A stretch of DNA of 64,000 bases from an uncultured Oscillospiraceae bacterium (GCA_964461335.1 CAYWTY010000002.1:1558-65557); one strand, 5' to 3'. Numbered from the stretch's first letter, positions 53,667 to 63,698 are shown. Made by a program: numbers and translations. Notes: generated by a model from the sequence alone, not told the origin.

Positions 53667-54584
53667 ATGCGTAATAGAAAATATTTTGGTTTAGCCGCTC
53701 TTCTGCTCGCATTTGCGATGTTTAGCGGCACAGCGCTCGCTGTTAGCGGCGCATATGGTGGCAAGCAGGGTGGCGGTGGCTCCCCGGGCAGCAGCAGCTA
53801 TCCCGGTGGCGGCAGCAGCTATCCAGGCGGCGGTAACCCCGGTGGTGGAGGCTATCCAGGTGGCGGTAACCCCGGCGGCGGTAACCCCGGTGGTGGGGGC
53901 TATCCAGGCGGCGGCAATCCCGGTGGCGGTAACCCCGGTGGTGGAGGCTATCCCGGCGGTGGAGGCAATCCCGGTGGAGGCAATCCCGGTGGCGGTAACC
54001 CCGGTGGTGGCGGTAACCCCGGTGGTGGCGGTAACCCCGGTGGTGGCGGTAACCCCGGCGGCGGCGGTAATCCCGGCGGCGGCGGTAACCCCGGCGGTGG
54101 TAATCCCCACGGTGGCGGCGGCTTGCCCGGCGGCGGTTTCCCCGACTTCCCCGGTTTCCCAGGCGGTGGTGACGGCTTACCCGACTTCCCCGGCTTCCCA
54201 GGCGGCGGCTCCCATGGTGGCGGTCATTCCCACGGTGGCGGCGGGTGGCACGATTACCCGTGTGATAACCCGGGTAACCCCGATGACCCAAATGACGACC
54301 CAACCGACCCAACAGACCCGACCGACCCAACAGACCCGACCGACCCGACCGACCCGACAGATGACCCCACAGGGCCTAACGACAATGTACCCACAAACCC
54401 CGATATTCCAACAGGCGGCGGTGGCAGCACAGATTCGTATGACGACCCAATCCCAACAGGCGCTGGCGAAAACATTCCCTTAGGGGCGCCGAAAACAGGC
54501 GGTGCAGAATTTGGCCTTATTTACGGGTTAATCTCGCTGCTTGGGCTTGCAGGCCTTTACAAGGTTAAAAAATCGGCTCGTTAA
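53667..54584 (+). CDS. Gly/Pro-repeat surface protein with sortase-type C-terminal sorting signal
   Basis: Signal peptide MRNRKYFGLAALLLAFAMFSGTALA, about 25 GGNPGG/GGYPGG repeats, (PTD)n repeats, then APKTGG, a hydrophobic stretch and KVKKSAR. Confidence 0.7.
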   Translation: MRNRKYFGLAALLLAFAMFSGTALAVSGAYGGKQGGGGSPGSSSYPGGGSSYPGGGNPGGGGYPGGGNPGGGNPGGGGYPGGGNPGGGNPGGGGYPGGGGNPGGGNPGGGNPGGGGNPGGGGNPGGGGNPGGGGNPGGGGNPGGGNPHGGGGLPGGGFPDFPGFPGGGDGLPDFPGFPGGGSHGGGHSHGGGGWHDYPCDNPGNPDDPNDDPTDPTDPTDPTDPTDPTDPTDDPTGPNDNVPTNPDIPTGGGGSTDSYDDPIPTGAGENIPLGAPKTGGAEFGLIYGLISLLGLAGLYKVKKSAR

Positions 54585-54757
54585 GCTAATGTTTATAAGA
54601 ACCGCCTTTTGGCGGTTTTTTTAATGCGCCAAAATATACTTGTGTACTGAGATTTAGGCATTCTCACAAGCCCGCGTTTTTGACAGGTTATAGCTATTGG
54701 TATATTATATAAGAATCACATTTGCTCAAGATATTAGTTATGAAGGAGGCCGGGAAT

Positions 54758-55519
54758 ATGAAAATTGCCCTTTGCGGGTTGGGTAAGGCTGGCGTGCAGC
54801 TTGTAAGGCTTGCTGCAGAGCGCCCAGGTGTTGAGCTAAGCATGGCGTTTTGCCGTGACGGAAGCGAAAAGGCAGGCAGGACGATTTCAGATGTGTTGCC
54901 CTATAAGGGGTTTTCGAGCCCGATTTATGAGCTTAAAAATGCAGGCGAAGTGTTTTTAAGGGACAAGCCTGATGTGCTTGTGGATTTTTCAAGCCCTGAC
55001 GCAACTATGGAGCTTTTGCCCCTTTGTGCTGCAAATGGCGTAAAGATGGTAATCTGTACAACTAATTTTACAACTGAAGAGCTTAAGCTTCTTGAAGAAA
55101 CTGCAAAAGATACCCAAGGGTTCGGGCTTGTGTATGCGCCCAATATTACGCTTGGTGTAAATGTGCTTATGGAGCTTGTTGAAGAAACCAGCTGTTACCT
55201 TCCTGAGTTTGACTATGCGATAACTGAAAAGCACCATAACCGCAAGGAGGATATTTCTGCAACAGCGCGCAAAATTGCACAAAGGCTTGAGGAAGTGCTT
55301 AAAAAGCCTGTGCCTGTAAACTCTATTCGTGTAGGCGGCTATGTTGGGCTCCACGAAGTCATGGCTGTTGGCGAGTTTGAGCGCATTACGCTCATTCACG
55401 AATCCTTCTCGCGCCAGGCGTTTGCAAACGGCGCCTTGCTTGCAGCTGACTATATTAAAACGCGTTTTGGGTATTATATAATGCGCGATGTAGTGATGGA
55501 TTACTTCAACAAACGCTGA
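54758..55519 (+). CDS. DapB-like (4-hydroxy-tetrahydrodipicolinate reductase family) protein, divergent active-site motif
   Basis: N-terminal Rossmann MKIALCGLGKAG. Has EKHHNRKEDISATA where canonical DapB has E(L/A)HHxxKxDAPSGTA. Confidence 0.55.
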   Translation: MKIALCGLGKAGVQLVRLAAERPGVELSMAFCRDGSEKAGRTISDVLPYKGFSSPIYELKNAGEVFLRDKPDVLVDFSSPDATMELLPLCAANGVKMVICTTNFTTEELKLLEETAKDTQGFGLVYAPNITLGVNVLMELVEETSCYLPEFDYAITEKHHNRKEDISATARKIAQRLEEVLKKPVPVNSIRVGGYVGLHEVMAVGEFERITLIHESFSRQAFANGALLAADYIKTRFGYYIMRDVVMDYFNKR

Positions 55520-55626
55520 TTTTAGCTCTATTACGAATAAACTGCATACAGGTTGCCCCTTAAAAGCGCATAAGCTGCGGTACGCTCTCATAAGCTTAAC
55601 CAAGCTTGTTCGAGGGGGTAGGGTGC

Positions 55627-55926
55627 ATGCGCAAAAAGGGGAGCGACAAGCCTGCGTATGGAAGGCAGCCTGACGCTTATATAGAAGAGCGTGTTTTAAA
55701 CGCAGCGTGCTATATTGCAGAAAACGGCGCAACAGTGCGCGAAACAGCCAAGGTCTATTGCGTAAGCAAATCAACAGTACATAAAGATGTCACGGAAAGG
55801 CTCCGTATAATAAACCCTGCTCTTTTTATGGATGTGCGCAAGGTGCTCGATATAAACAAAGCAGAACGCCATATTAGAGGCGGCAGGGCTACATGCAGAA
55901 AATACGGCAAACTGGCTCTAAAGTAA
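55627..55926 (+). CDS. spoIIID: sporulation transcriptional regulator SpoIIID
   Basis: IEERVLNAACYIAENGATVRETAKVYCVSKSTVHKDVTERL..INP...AERHIRGGRAT matches the SpoIIID HTH. Confidence 0.85.
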   Translation: MRKKGSDKPAYGRQPDAYIEERVLNAACYIAENGATVRETAKVYCVSKSTVHKDVTERLRIINPALFMDVRKVLDINKAERHIRGGRATCRKYGKLALK

Positions 55927-55962
55927 AACGCGGCAAATGCCGCTTTTTTTATGCCTTAAGTA

Positions 55963-56613
55963 TTATTTTATAAGGGGCGCAGCACATGCGCATGCAGCAT
56001 ATATTTTTGCTGCACCTTTTTCATTAAGCGCTTGAGCACACGCAGTTAATGTGCTTGCTGTTGTTACAACATCGTCAATAAGCAAAATAGAGCTGCCTGA
56101 AACATTATTTACTGCGCTAAAGGCAAATTGCAGGTTTTCCCTGCGCTTAGCGCTGCTTAAGCCTGCCTGCGGCTTGGTGTATATGCTGCGGCTTAAAAGG
56201 CCTTCATTAACAGGTATTAATAGGCGCTTTGAAAGAAGCGCAGCAAGCAGTGCGCTTTGGTTATAGCCGCGCTCCTTTAGCTTTTCTTGGTGAAGCGGCA
56301 CAGGAACTATCACATCAAACTGCCAGTGCTTAGGAAGCGTAATAGCTTTTGCAAAATAACGCGCAATATAGCGAGCGTTTAAGTATTTAAAGCTGTGCAT
56401 TGCCCTGTGCAGAGGCTCCTCGTAGAAAAACGCAGCATAAAGCCCCAAAAGTCCATCAGGCGCAGTAAGCTCACCTGCACGCTGAATTGAGGTTTCACAT
56501 GCTTTGCAAAGGCAGTCCTCATTAAGAGGGGCTTCTAAGCCGCATGCAAAGCATTTTGCATCATAAGGGTAAAGCGCCAAAAGGCAGCTGTTAAGCAAAC
56601 TTTTTAGGTGCAT
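55963..56613 (-). CDS. comFC: ComF family protein (ComFC-like phosphoribosyltransferase)
   Basis: N-terminal Cys4 (CFACG..CKAC) and the PRT motif ILLIDDVVTTAST. Confidence 0.75.
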   Translation of the reverse strand: MHLKSLLNSCLLALYPYDAKCFACGLEAPLNEDCLCKACETSIQRAGELTAPDGLLGLYAAFFYEEPLHRAMHSFKYLNARYIARYFAKAITLPKHWQFDVIVPVPLHQEKLKERGYNQSALLAALLSKRLLIPVNEGLLSRSIYTKPQAGLSSAKRRENLQFAFSAVNNVSGSSILLIDDVVTTASTLTACAQALNEKGAAKIYAACACAAPLIK

Positions 56614-58832
56614 GATTTTTTAACAATCAGCTTCTGCGCAAGCTCATTAATGCGCAGCCAAAGCGAGCTGTAACGCCTGCGCATACGCTTGTTTTCAACC
56701 ATCTGGTATACGCTTGCCCATTTGCCTACAATAACAACCTGCGCTCTTGCGCGTGTTACAGCAGTATAAAGGAGGTTTCGCGTCATTAGCATTGGCGGGC
56801 CGCTAAAAAGCGGCAGCACAACAATCGGGAACTCGCTGCCTTGGCTTTTATGTATGGATATGCAGTATGCAAGCTCAAGCTCCTCAAGCTTGCTAAACGG
56901 GTAGCTTGCCATGCGTTCATCGTCAAAAAGCACATCAAGCGTTTCTTTTTGTTTATCCAGCCGAAAAACTGTCCCAAGGTCGCCATTATAAACGCCGCTT
57001 CCAAGCTCAGGTATGCCTCCGCTGTTTATGCGCATCCAGTCCATACGGTAGTCATTTTTTATTTGCATTACCTTGTCGCCCTCACGAAAGAGCGTTTCGT
57101 TAAATTCATGCTGCGCTTTATGGGGCGCAGGGGGGTTAAGCGCACCTTGCAGGCGGATATTTAGCGTATTTACGCCAAGCTGCCCCTTTCTTGTAGGGGA
57201 AAGCACCTGAATATTGCGCTGTGGGTCTTGCGTAAGAGCATTTGATGTTTTGCCTTCGCATAGCGCAAGCACCTCAAGGAGCGCCAACTCCGCATCTTGG
57301 CACGAAATAAACACAAAATCCGAGGCAGGCTCTGGTTTGGGCATTTTCCCTGCGTTTATACGCTGTGCGTTTTTCGCTATGCCGCTTCTATCCGCCTGTC
57401 TAAAGATTTCAGTTAAGCGAATTACAGAAAACGCGCCGCTTTTTATAATGTCGCTAAGCACAGTGCCAGCACCAACTGGCGGGAGCTGGTCAGCATCCCC
57501 AACCATTATAAGCCGCGTATTTTTAGGCAGCGCTAAAAGGAGCGCGTAAAAGAGCGGCAAATCCACCATGCTCATTTCATCAACAATTACCATGTTGTAT
57601 TCGAGCGTGTTTTCCTCGTTGCGCAAAAAGCGAAGCTGACCCTCGCCTCCGTATTCGAGCAAACGGTGGATTGTTGAGGCTTCAAACCCTGTTGCCTCAG
57701 TCATGCGCTTTGCAGCGCGGCCTGTTGGTGCGCATAAGCAAAAATCAAGCCCAAGGCGCGTAAGTATGTGGAGAATAAATTGCAGAATTGTTGTTTTGCC
57801 TGTGCCAGGGCCGCCTGTTATAACCATTGCGCCTTCATTAAGCGCAGCAACAACTGCCTCGCGCTGCTCATGTGCAAGCTCAATTTCTAAATTCTGCTCA
57901 AGCCTTAAAAGCGCCTCTTGTATATCAAGGCCAAGCGTTTGCTCACAGGCGCAAAGCGCAAGCAGCCGTTTTGCGCATTCTTTTTCCATATAATAAAGCG
58001 CGGGCAGGTAAATTGCATTAAACTCATCTGTTTGCGCACTTATAAGGCTGCCTTCAAGAAGGAGGTCGCTAAGCTCATAAGTAACTGTATCCTCATCAAC
58101 GCCAAGCATTTCTGAGCTAAGGCTTATAAGCGAATCTTCGGGAAGATATGTATGCCCCTCCTGCCTGCCATAAAGGAGCATGTAGCGAAGCCCAGCGCGG
58201 AGCCTGCGTTTTGAGTTATGCTCAATGCCAATTGCAGCTGCGAGTTTATCAGCAGTTTTAAAGCCTATTCCCTCAACATCTTCTATTAAGCTATATGGGT
58301 TTTCGTTAACTCTTGCAAGTGAGCCTGTCCCATAAAGCTCATAGAGCTTAAACGCCTGGCGTACACTTAGGCCATAGCTTGTAAGCCCCATCATAACATC
58401 GCGCTGTACGCGCTGCTCAAAGAAGGAATCTGCAATTCTTTTATATCTAACGCGCCCTATTCCTGGCAGCTCCATTAGTCGCTTTGGCTCTTCTTCAAGC
58501 ACCTTAAGCGTTTCCATGCCAAAATGCTCAACAATAAGCTTAGCTGTTGCAGCGCCGACACCTTTTATAAGCCCGCTTCCAAGGTAGCCTTCAAGCGCTC
58601 CAAGCGAGGCGGGTGCAAGCGTAATGCAAGACTCCGCTTTAAACTGCCTGCCATAAGTCTTGTGTTCAACATAAATTCCGTTTAATTCTACACGCTCGCC
58701 TTGCGTGCATAAAGGGAGCGTGCCAACAGCTGTTGTAGCTTCCCCTGCTGCATCTGTTACTTCAATAACAGACCAGCCGTTTTCCGCATTGCGGTATATA
58801 ACCCGGCTGATTTCGCCGACTAATTGTTCCAT
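56604..58832 (-). CDS. recD2: RecD2-type ATP-dependent DNA helicase (YrrC-like)
   Basis: Walker A ITGGPGTGKTT, VDEMSMV and SIHKSQGSEF. N-terminal HhH region. Start at the ATG at 58832. Confidence 0.88.
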   Translation of the reverse strand: MEQLVGEISRVIYRNAENGWSVIEVTDAAGEATTAVGTLPLCTQGERVELNGIYVEHKTYGRQFKAESCITLAPASLGALEGYLGSGLIKGVGAATAKLIVEHFGMETLKVLEEEPKRLMELPGIGRVRYKRIADSFFEQRVQRDVMMGLTSYGLSVRQAFKLYELYGTGSLARVNENPYSLIEDVEGIGFKTADKLAAAIGIEHNSKRRLRAGLRYMLLYGRQEGHTYLPEDSLISLSSEMLGVDEDTVTYELSDLLLEGSLISAQTDEFNAIYLPALYYMEKECAKRLLALCACEQTLGLDIQEALLRLEQNLEIELAHEQREAVVAALNEGAMVITGGPGTGKTTILQFILHILTRLGLDFCLCAPTGRAAKRMTEATGFEASTIHRLLEYGGEGQLRFLRNEENTLEYNMVIVDEMSMVDLPLFYALLLALPKNTRLIMVGDADQLPPVGAGTVLSDIIKSGAFSVIRLTEIFRQADRSGIAKNAQRINAGKMPKPEPASDFVFISCQDAELALLEVLALCEGKTSNALTQDPQRNIQVLSPTRKGQLGVNTLNIRLQGALNPPAPHKAQHEFNETLFREGDKVMQIKNDYRMDWMRINSGGIPELGSGVYNGDLGTVFRLDKQKETLDVLFDDERMASYPFSKLEELELAYCISIHKSQGSEFPIVVLPLFSGPPMLMTRNLLYTAVTRARAQVVIVGKWASVYQMVENKRMRRRYSSLWLRINELAQKLIVKKSCT

Positions 58833-59018
58833 GCATCCCTCCATGGCGGATTTTGCATAGCCATACTTCACTATTATAGAGGTTTTTCGCAAAGTATAAA
58901 AGCAAAAGCAGTTTAAAAACCAAATTTTGCGAAATGAGGTGTGATTTAGCTAGCGTAAGGTGTGTGTTTTGGGGTTAGTATAGCAAATGATGCAGTTGAT
59001 TTTTAGGAGTGTATATAT

Positions 59019-59642
59019 TTGAGGCTGAGTGTTGTACTTATATGCTGTTTGTTTATTCTTTGCGTTACGCGTGCTATTGAGAAGCCCCTTTTGCGGCTTG
59101 GCCACAATGCAGAGTCATGGGCTGCGCTAACTCTCCTGCTTCTTGCATTAAATGCAATAACTTTCCGGCCTATGGTAGAGCTTTCAATAAACCCTGCCTC
59201 AATTTTGCTATGTATTGTTACAGCTGCAGTTGCGCTTAAATGCTCAGGGTTTTCCTGCTTAGCTCAAGCAGTTGCGCTTGCAGTACCTAGCGGGCTTTGT
59301 ATGCTTGCTGTTTCACGCCTTATGGCATCGGGCTTTATAGATTTAGCTGAGCCTGGCTTAGTGCTTGCACTTTGCAGTGTGGTTTTTATGCTTGGGTTGA
59401 GGCATAGCCCAGCAGCTGCGCTCTTTGGGGTTGCGCTTGCACCTGTGCTCCTTGCTGTTTTTGAAGCAGGGCTAGACCTATATGCGTTTGGTTATGCTGT
59501 TATACAGCTTGGCGCACCTCTTGCATTTGACGCACAGCTTGCAGGTTTATTTATAATAGGGATACTCTTTGCCTTTGTCTTTAACAGGGGCAAGAGAAGT
59601 GTTGGCATAAAAAAAGCAGGGCGCGCTTCTGCACGCCCATAA
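59019..59642 (+). CDS. hypothetical polytopic membrane protein
   Basis: Six predicted hydrophobic helices. TTG start. No recognised motif. Confidence 0.3.
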   Translation: MRLSVVLICCLFILCVTRAIEKPLLRLGHNAESWAALTLLLLALNAITFRPMVELSINPASILLCIVTAAVALKCSGFSCLAQAVALAVPSGLCMLAVSRLMASGFIDLAEPGLVLALCSVVFMLGLRHSPAAALFGVALAPVLLAVFEAGLDLYAFGYAVIQLGAPLAFDAQLAGLFIIGILFAFVFNRGKRSVGIKKAGRASARP

Positions 59643-59653
59643 ACTTCTATTAT

Positions 59654-59896
59654 TCAGTCTAAAACGTAGGGAAGAAGGGCGACTACGCGAGCGCGCTTAA
59701 TTGCTATTGCAAGCTCGCGCTGGTGTTTTGCGCACACGCCAGACATGCGTCTTGGCATGATTTTGCCCCGCTCAGTTATGCACTTGCGAAGGCGCGAAAC
59801 ATCTTTATAGTCGATATACTCCGTCTTATCCACGCAGAACTGACATACCTTGCGCCGTCTGCGAAAACCGCGCGGCCGCTGTTTGCGTTCTTCCAT
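59654..59896 (-). CDS. rpsR: 30S ribosomal protein S18
   Basis: [31 protein letters not shown]. Confidence 0.92.
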   Translation of the reverse strand: MEERKQRPRGFRRRRKVCQFCVDKTEYIDYKDVSRLRKCITERGKIMPRRMSGVCAKHQRELAIAIKRARVVALLPYVLD

Positions 59897-59926
59897 TGGA
59901 TATCCTCCTGTAATCAGCTTATCTTC

Positions 59927-60340
59927 TTAAAAGGGCAGCTCATCGTTGACATTTTCAAAGCCAAACTCTTCAAATGCTGCTTTTGGGGAACCTGCAGTAT
60001 ACGTAGGTGCATCTTCTTGGTGGCTCTTGGGCGTTAGGAACTCAACTTCATCTGCATTAACCTCAAGCGAGAGGCGTGTTGTGCCATCGCTTGCTTCATA
60101 GAGGCGTGGCTGCAGCTCGCCAACAACTGCTACTTTCCGCCCCTTTGCAAGGTATTTCTGGCAGGTTTCTCCGAGTTGGCGCCAAGCGCTTACACGGAAA
60201 AAGTCTGTCTGCCGCTCACCGCCTGAAGAAGAGTAGCGGCGCGAGACAGCAACTGAGAAGGAACATACTGAAACTCCGCTTGTTGTTGTGCGTGTTTCAG
60301 GGTCACGAGTCAGGTTGCCTATGATAAAAAGTTTGTTCAT
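59927..60340 (-). CDS. ssb: single-stranded DNA-binding protein
   Basis: MNKLFIIGNLTRDPE OB-fold with an acidic tail ending DELPF. Confidence 0.92.
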   Translation of the reverse strand: MNKLFIIGNLTRDPETRTTTSGVSVCSFSVAVSRRYSSSGGERQTDFFRVSAWRQLGETCQKYLAKGRKVAVVGELQPRLYEASDGTTRLSLEVNADEVEFLTPKSHQEDAPTYTAGSPKAAFEEFGFENVNDELPF

Positions 60341-60381
60341 TGCTCAACCGCCTTTCCGTAGCCTTTTTGCGTTATGATGCC

Positions 60382-60669
60382 TTAGTGCGTTCTTCTTGTT
60401 ACCATGTAGCGCAGTATGGCTTCATCGATGCCCAAATTGCGCTCAAGCTCTTTTGGGAGCTCAGGAGCGCTCGAGAAATTCATCAGTACATAATAGCCTT
60501 CGGTTTTATAATCGATAGGATATGCAAGGCGGGTCTTTCCCCATTCATCGAGTTTTTCCACCTCGCCGCCATTGGCGCTTACTATGTCGGAATACTTTTG
60601 GATTGTTGCTTTTAAGCTTGACTCCTCAAGTTCCGTAGTGATGATGTAGAGCACTTCATATGCGTTCAC
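60382..60669 (-). CDS. rpsF: 30S ribosomal protein S6
   Basis: (V)NAYEVLYII...WGKTRLAYPI. GTG start at 60669, 8 nt after aaggaggtg. Confidence 0.9.
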   Translation of the reverse strand: MNAYEVLYIITTELEESSLKATIQKYSDIVSANGGEVEKLDEWGKTRLAYPIDYKTEGYYVLMNFSSAPELPKELERNLGIDEAILRYMVTRRTH

Positions 60670-60742
60670 GCATTTCACCTCCTTATGGTCTAAAGTGGCC
60701 CGGCAAAACACATGCCGAGCAAGAAGGACATTGGCAAGAGCA

Positions 60743-60771
60743 ATTGTAGCACATAGCTAAAGTCTTGGCAA
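60743..60771 (-). promoter_or_regulatory. sigma-A promoter of rpsF-ssb-rpsR
   Basis: Minus strand: TTGCCA (60771-60766), 17 nt, TACAAT (60748-60743). Confidence 0.5.
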
Positions 60772-60866
60772 GTATTGCAAAAGGCAGGGTGCTTTTTTAA
60801 CTAAAGGGTCATTGCAAAACACAATCTAATGATATGCAATTTGCAGCCCCTTCTATTGTGCTGTTC

Positions 60867-61256
60867 TCATTTAGTAAATGAACCTGTCTCAATTAAATTA
60901 CCCTCAGGGTCTGCAACATAGCAAGTCCGCTGTCCCCACGGTTCTGTTGTAGGCTCTAAGACAGGCGTTGCACCTTTTGAAACGACTCTTTTAAATGAAT
61001 CATCTACTGCAGCGTAATTTTCAACACTCATAGCAATTTCATAATGACCATTTATGCCATTAGCATAAGAAAATGGTCTTTTTGCCATCTTCTCAAAATC
61101 ACTTCTGCGGAAAAGCAGAAATAGAGTCCCGTCTTTCACCAGATAAACATTGCTTGTATTTTCTTCTTCTTTGATTTCAAAGCAAAGCACATCACGATAA
61201 AACCGCACCATAGAAGGCATATCTTGCACAAAAATCCCGAAACCATCTAATTTCAT
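60867..61256 (-). CDS. VOC family (glyoxalase/bleomycin-resistance fold) protein
   Basis: 129 aa with the paired beta-alpha-beta-beta-beta pattern (FGIFVQDM.., YEIAMSVEN.., DPEGNLIE). Confidence 0.7.
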   Translation of the reverse strand: MKLDGFGIFVQDMPSMVRFYRDVLCFEIKEEENTSNVYLVKDGTLFLLFRRSDFEKMAKRPFSYANGINGHYEIAMSVENYAAVDDSFKRVVSKGATPVLEPTTEPWGQRTCYVADPEGNLIETGSFTK

Positions 61257-61268
61257 AAGTTTTTCTCC

Positions 61269-61421
61269 CTATTTTCTTTTTACAGGATGGCGCAATACAG
61301 TTTTCATCTTTTCAACATCAACTTTTCGTGGGTCAGAAATGTAAATTTCATGGTGACGGCGAGTGTCTGATAAATCGCTTTGCAAGCCGAACGCCTTTAG
61401 GCGGCCGGCCTGCGCTTTCAT
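61269..61421 (-). pseudogene. possible C-terminal remnant of a GyrI-like/effector-binding domain gene
   Basis: The 50-aa frame MKAQAGRLKAFGLQSDLSDTRRHHEIYISDPRKVDVEKMKTVLRHPVKRK ends like GyrI-like domains (..HHEIYLSDPRK....K.KT.LR.PV). No RBS and no upstream continuation. Confidence 0.3.
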
Positions 61422-61442
61422 CTTAAATATATTCAGGGTTTA

Positions 61443-63563
61443 CTAACCCCTGCCTTTTTTATACATGTTGCCATGAGGTTCAAGCTCAAGCTCTATATTG
61501 CGCGATACCATATTAACTGAGCTAACGCGCACCTTAACTTCATCCCCAAGCCTGAAGCTTTGCCCGCTGTTTCTCCCGACCATACGGTAGTTCTTTTCAT
61601 CGTGGACATAGTAGTCGTCGTCAATTGTGCTTACGCGTACCAGTCCTTCTGCCGTATTGTCGAGCTCTACGAAAAAACCGAAGGACACTACCCCGGAAAT
61701 TATGCCTGCAAAGCTTTCGCCTATGCGCTCCTTCATATATTCGCATTTTTTCAGCTCCTCAACTGCGCGCTCAGCTTCCATTGCAAGCCGCTCACTCTTG
61801 CTCGTACTTTGCGCAATTGCACTAAGGCGCTCATTAAGCTTTGCAGTTTGTTTCTCGTTTAGGCCGCCGTGAAGCATAAGTTTTATTATGCGGTGGCAAA
61901 GCAAGTCCGGGTATCGCCTTATTGGCGCAGTAAAGTGGCAGTAGCGCGTGCAGGCAAGGCCAAAGTGGCCAAGGCATCTTTCGCTGTAACGCGCTTTTTG
62001 CATTGCGCGCAGCACAACCTTATTAACAACATTTTCTTCTTTTGTGTTTTTAGCTGCGCTTAGCACCTTCTCTATATTGCGCGGCTGCACATCTTTAAGG
62101 TTTCGAATACTGTAACCGAGCGTTTGAAGGAAGGTATTAAGCTCAATGAGCTTCTCCCTTTCAGGCTGTTCATGCACACGGTATAAAAAGGGGCTTTTAA
62201 GGTCGTACATATGCTCTGCTACTGTTTCATTTGCAATTAGCATACATTCTTCAATAATGCTCTCTGAAATACCGCGTTCCGCTTTCCCAAGGGTTATGGG
62301 CTTGCCCGTTTCATCAAGTTCAAGGTCTGCCTCTGCAATGTCAAAGTCAATGCTTCCGCGCTTATGGCGCTTTGCTTTAAGTAAGCCTGCAAGAAGCTCA
62401 AGCTCAGTTAAAGCAGGCACGAGTTCAGCGTATTTTTGCTTTAGCGCCTCATCGCCTGCAAGAAGCGCACTCACATCCTCATATACAAGCCTGTATTTTG
62501 AGCGGATTAGAGTTTCCGCAAGCCTGTGGCGGAGCACTCTTGCGTTTGCGTCAATTTCCATAAAGCAGGAGAGCGCAAGCCTGTCCTCACCCGGGTTAAG
62601 TGAGCATATGCCGTTTGAAAGCTCAATAGGCAGCATTGGGATTACCCTATCAGCTAAATATACGCTCGTGCCGCGAAGAAGCGCATCTCTATCTAAGCCG
62701 CTCCCTTCTTTTACATAATGCGCTACATCCGCAATATGCACCCCAAGATAAATGTTGCCGTTTTCTAGCCGTTCAAGGCTTATTGCATCGTCAAAATCTT
62801 TGGCATTCTGCCCGTCAATTGTAAAGACGAGCTTCTCCAAAAGGTTTTCGCGCGTAATGCGCTCATCTGCTTGCACATCCTGCGCTATAAGCTTCGCATT
62901 CTTTTGCGCTGCTTTGGAAAACGCCTCAGGGAGCTCATATTGGCGTATTATTGAAAGCACATCTGTGCCTGTATCAGATTTATTCCCGAGGATTTCGGTT
63001 ATTTGCCCGAGCATTGGGCGGCGGCCGTCAGGGTAGTCTATTATTTCTGCTACTACCTTGTCGCCTGCTTTAGCTTTGCGCGTTTTATCGCGCGGAATTA
63101 GCATATCCACAGGTATGCGCCCATCATCCGGCACAACATAGCCGCCTGCTGCATCATCCCTCTCAAAGGTGCCTACAAGTCTCGTAAAAGCACGTTTTGC
63201 AATAAGCATAACGCATGCCTCAGGCGAGCCGTTTCTGCTAACCTGCTCTGTATAGCGCACATAGACTTCATCATTATGCATTGCACCGTGCATTGCTTCT
63301 GCAGGAACAAATGCATCCCTGCTGCCATCATGCGGCAAAAAAAAGCCAAACCCCGCAGCATGCCCTTGAATTCTGCCAAACACAAGCCCTATCTGTTCAG
63401 GGAGCGCGAGCCTGCGCTTGCGTGTAAAGAGAATGCGGTGTTCGCTCAAGAGGTCATTTATTGCAGGTTTCGCGTCTTTATCTGTTTCAAGCTTGCTTAT
63501 GAGCTGCTCTATTGTAAGCGGCTTGCCGCTTGTTTGAAGCACAGAAATAATTTCATCATGCAT
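61443..63563 (-). CDS. rnr: ribonuclease R
   Basis: RNB catalytic domain (DFDDAISL, HIADVAHYV), HFGLA, and a C-terminal S1 domain (GIISGVVSFGFFVEL). Confidence 0.9.
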   Translation of the reverse strand: MHDEIISVLQTSGKPLTIEQLISKLETDKDAKPAINDLLSEHRILFTRKRRLALPEQIGLVFGRIQGHAAGFGFFLPHDGSRDAFVPAEAMHGAMHNDEVYVRYTEQVSRNGSPEACVMLIAKRAFTRLVGTFERDDAAGGYVVPDDGRIPVDMLIPRDKTRKAKAGDKVVAEIIDYPDGRRPMLGQITEILGNKSDTGTDVLSIIRQYELPEAFSKAAQKNAKLIAQDVQADERITRENLLEKLVFTIDGQNAKDFDDAISLERLENGNIYLGVHIADVAHYVKEGSGLDRDALLRGTSVYLADRVIPMLPIELSNGICSLNPGEDRLALSCFMEIDANARVLRHRLAETLIRSKYRLVYEDVSALLAGDEALKQKYAELVPALTELELLAGLLKAKRHKRGSIDFDIAEADLELDETGKPITLGKAERGISESIIEECMLIANETVAEHMYDLKSPFLYRVHEQPEREKLIELNTFLQTLGYSIRNLKDVQPRNIEKVLSAAKNTKEENVVNKVVLRAMQKARYSERCLGHFGLACTRYCHFTAPIRRYPDLLCHRIIKLMLHGGLNEKQTAKLNERLSAIAQSTSKSERLAMEAERAVEELKKCEYMKERIGESFAGIISGVVSFGFFVELDNTAEGLVRVSTIDDDYYVHDEKNYRMVGRNSGQSFRLGDEVKVRVSSVNMVSRNIELELEPHGNMYKKGRG

Positions 63564-63698
63564 GTTTTATTTCTCCTTTCGTATATATCAGTATATCCCC
63601 TCATGGGGAGTTTAAGTGCGCAGCTTTATTATTTCCATAAAGCATAAAAAAGGCATGCTCCTGCATGCCTTTAAGATTACTTACCTTTTAAGTTGTGC

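Noticed and set aside
53691-54483. Three long alternative-frame and antisense ORFs across the Gly/Pro repeat region (53691-54110 minus, 53713-54483 plus, 53743-54330 minus).
   Set aside because: They are artefacts of the periodic GC-rich repeat, which lacks stop codons in several frames. Only the 53667 frame has a signal peptide, an RBS and a sorting signal.
54989-55774. 261-aa minus-strand ORF.
   Set aside because: It is antisense to the dapB-like gene and the spoIIID start. There are no motifs and the composition is basic and low-complexity.
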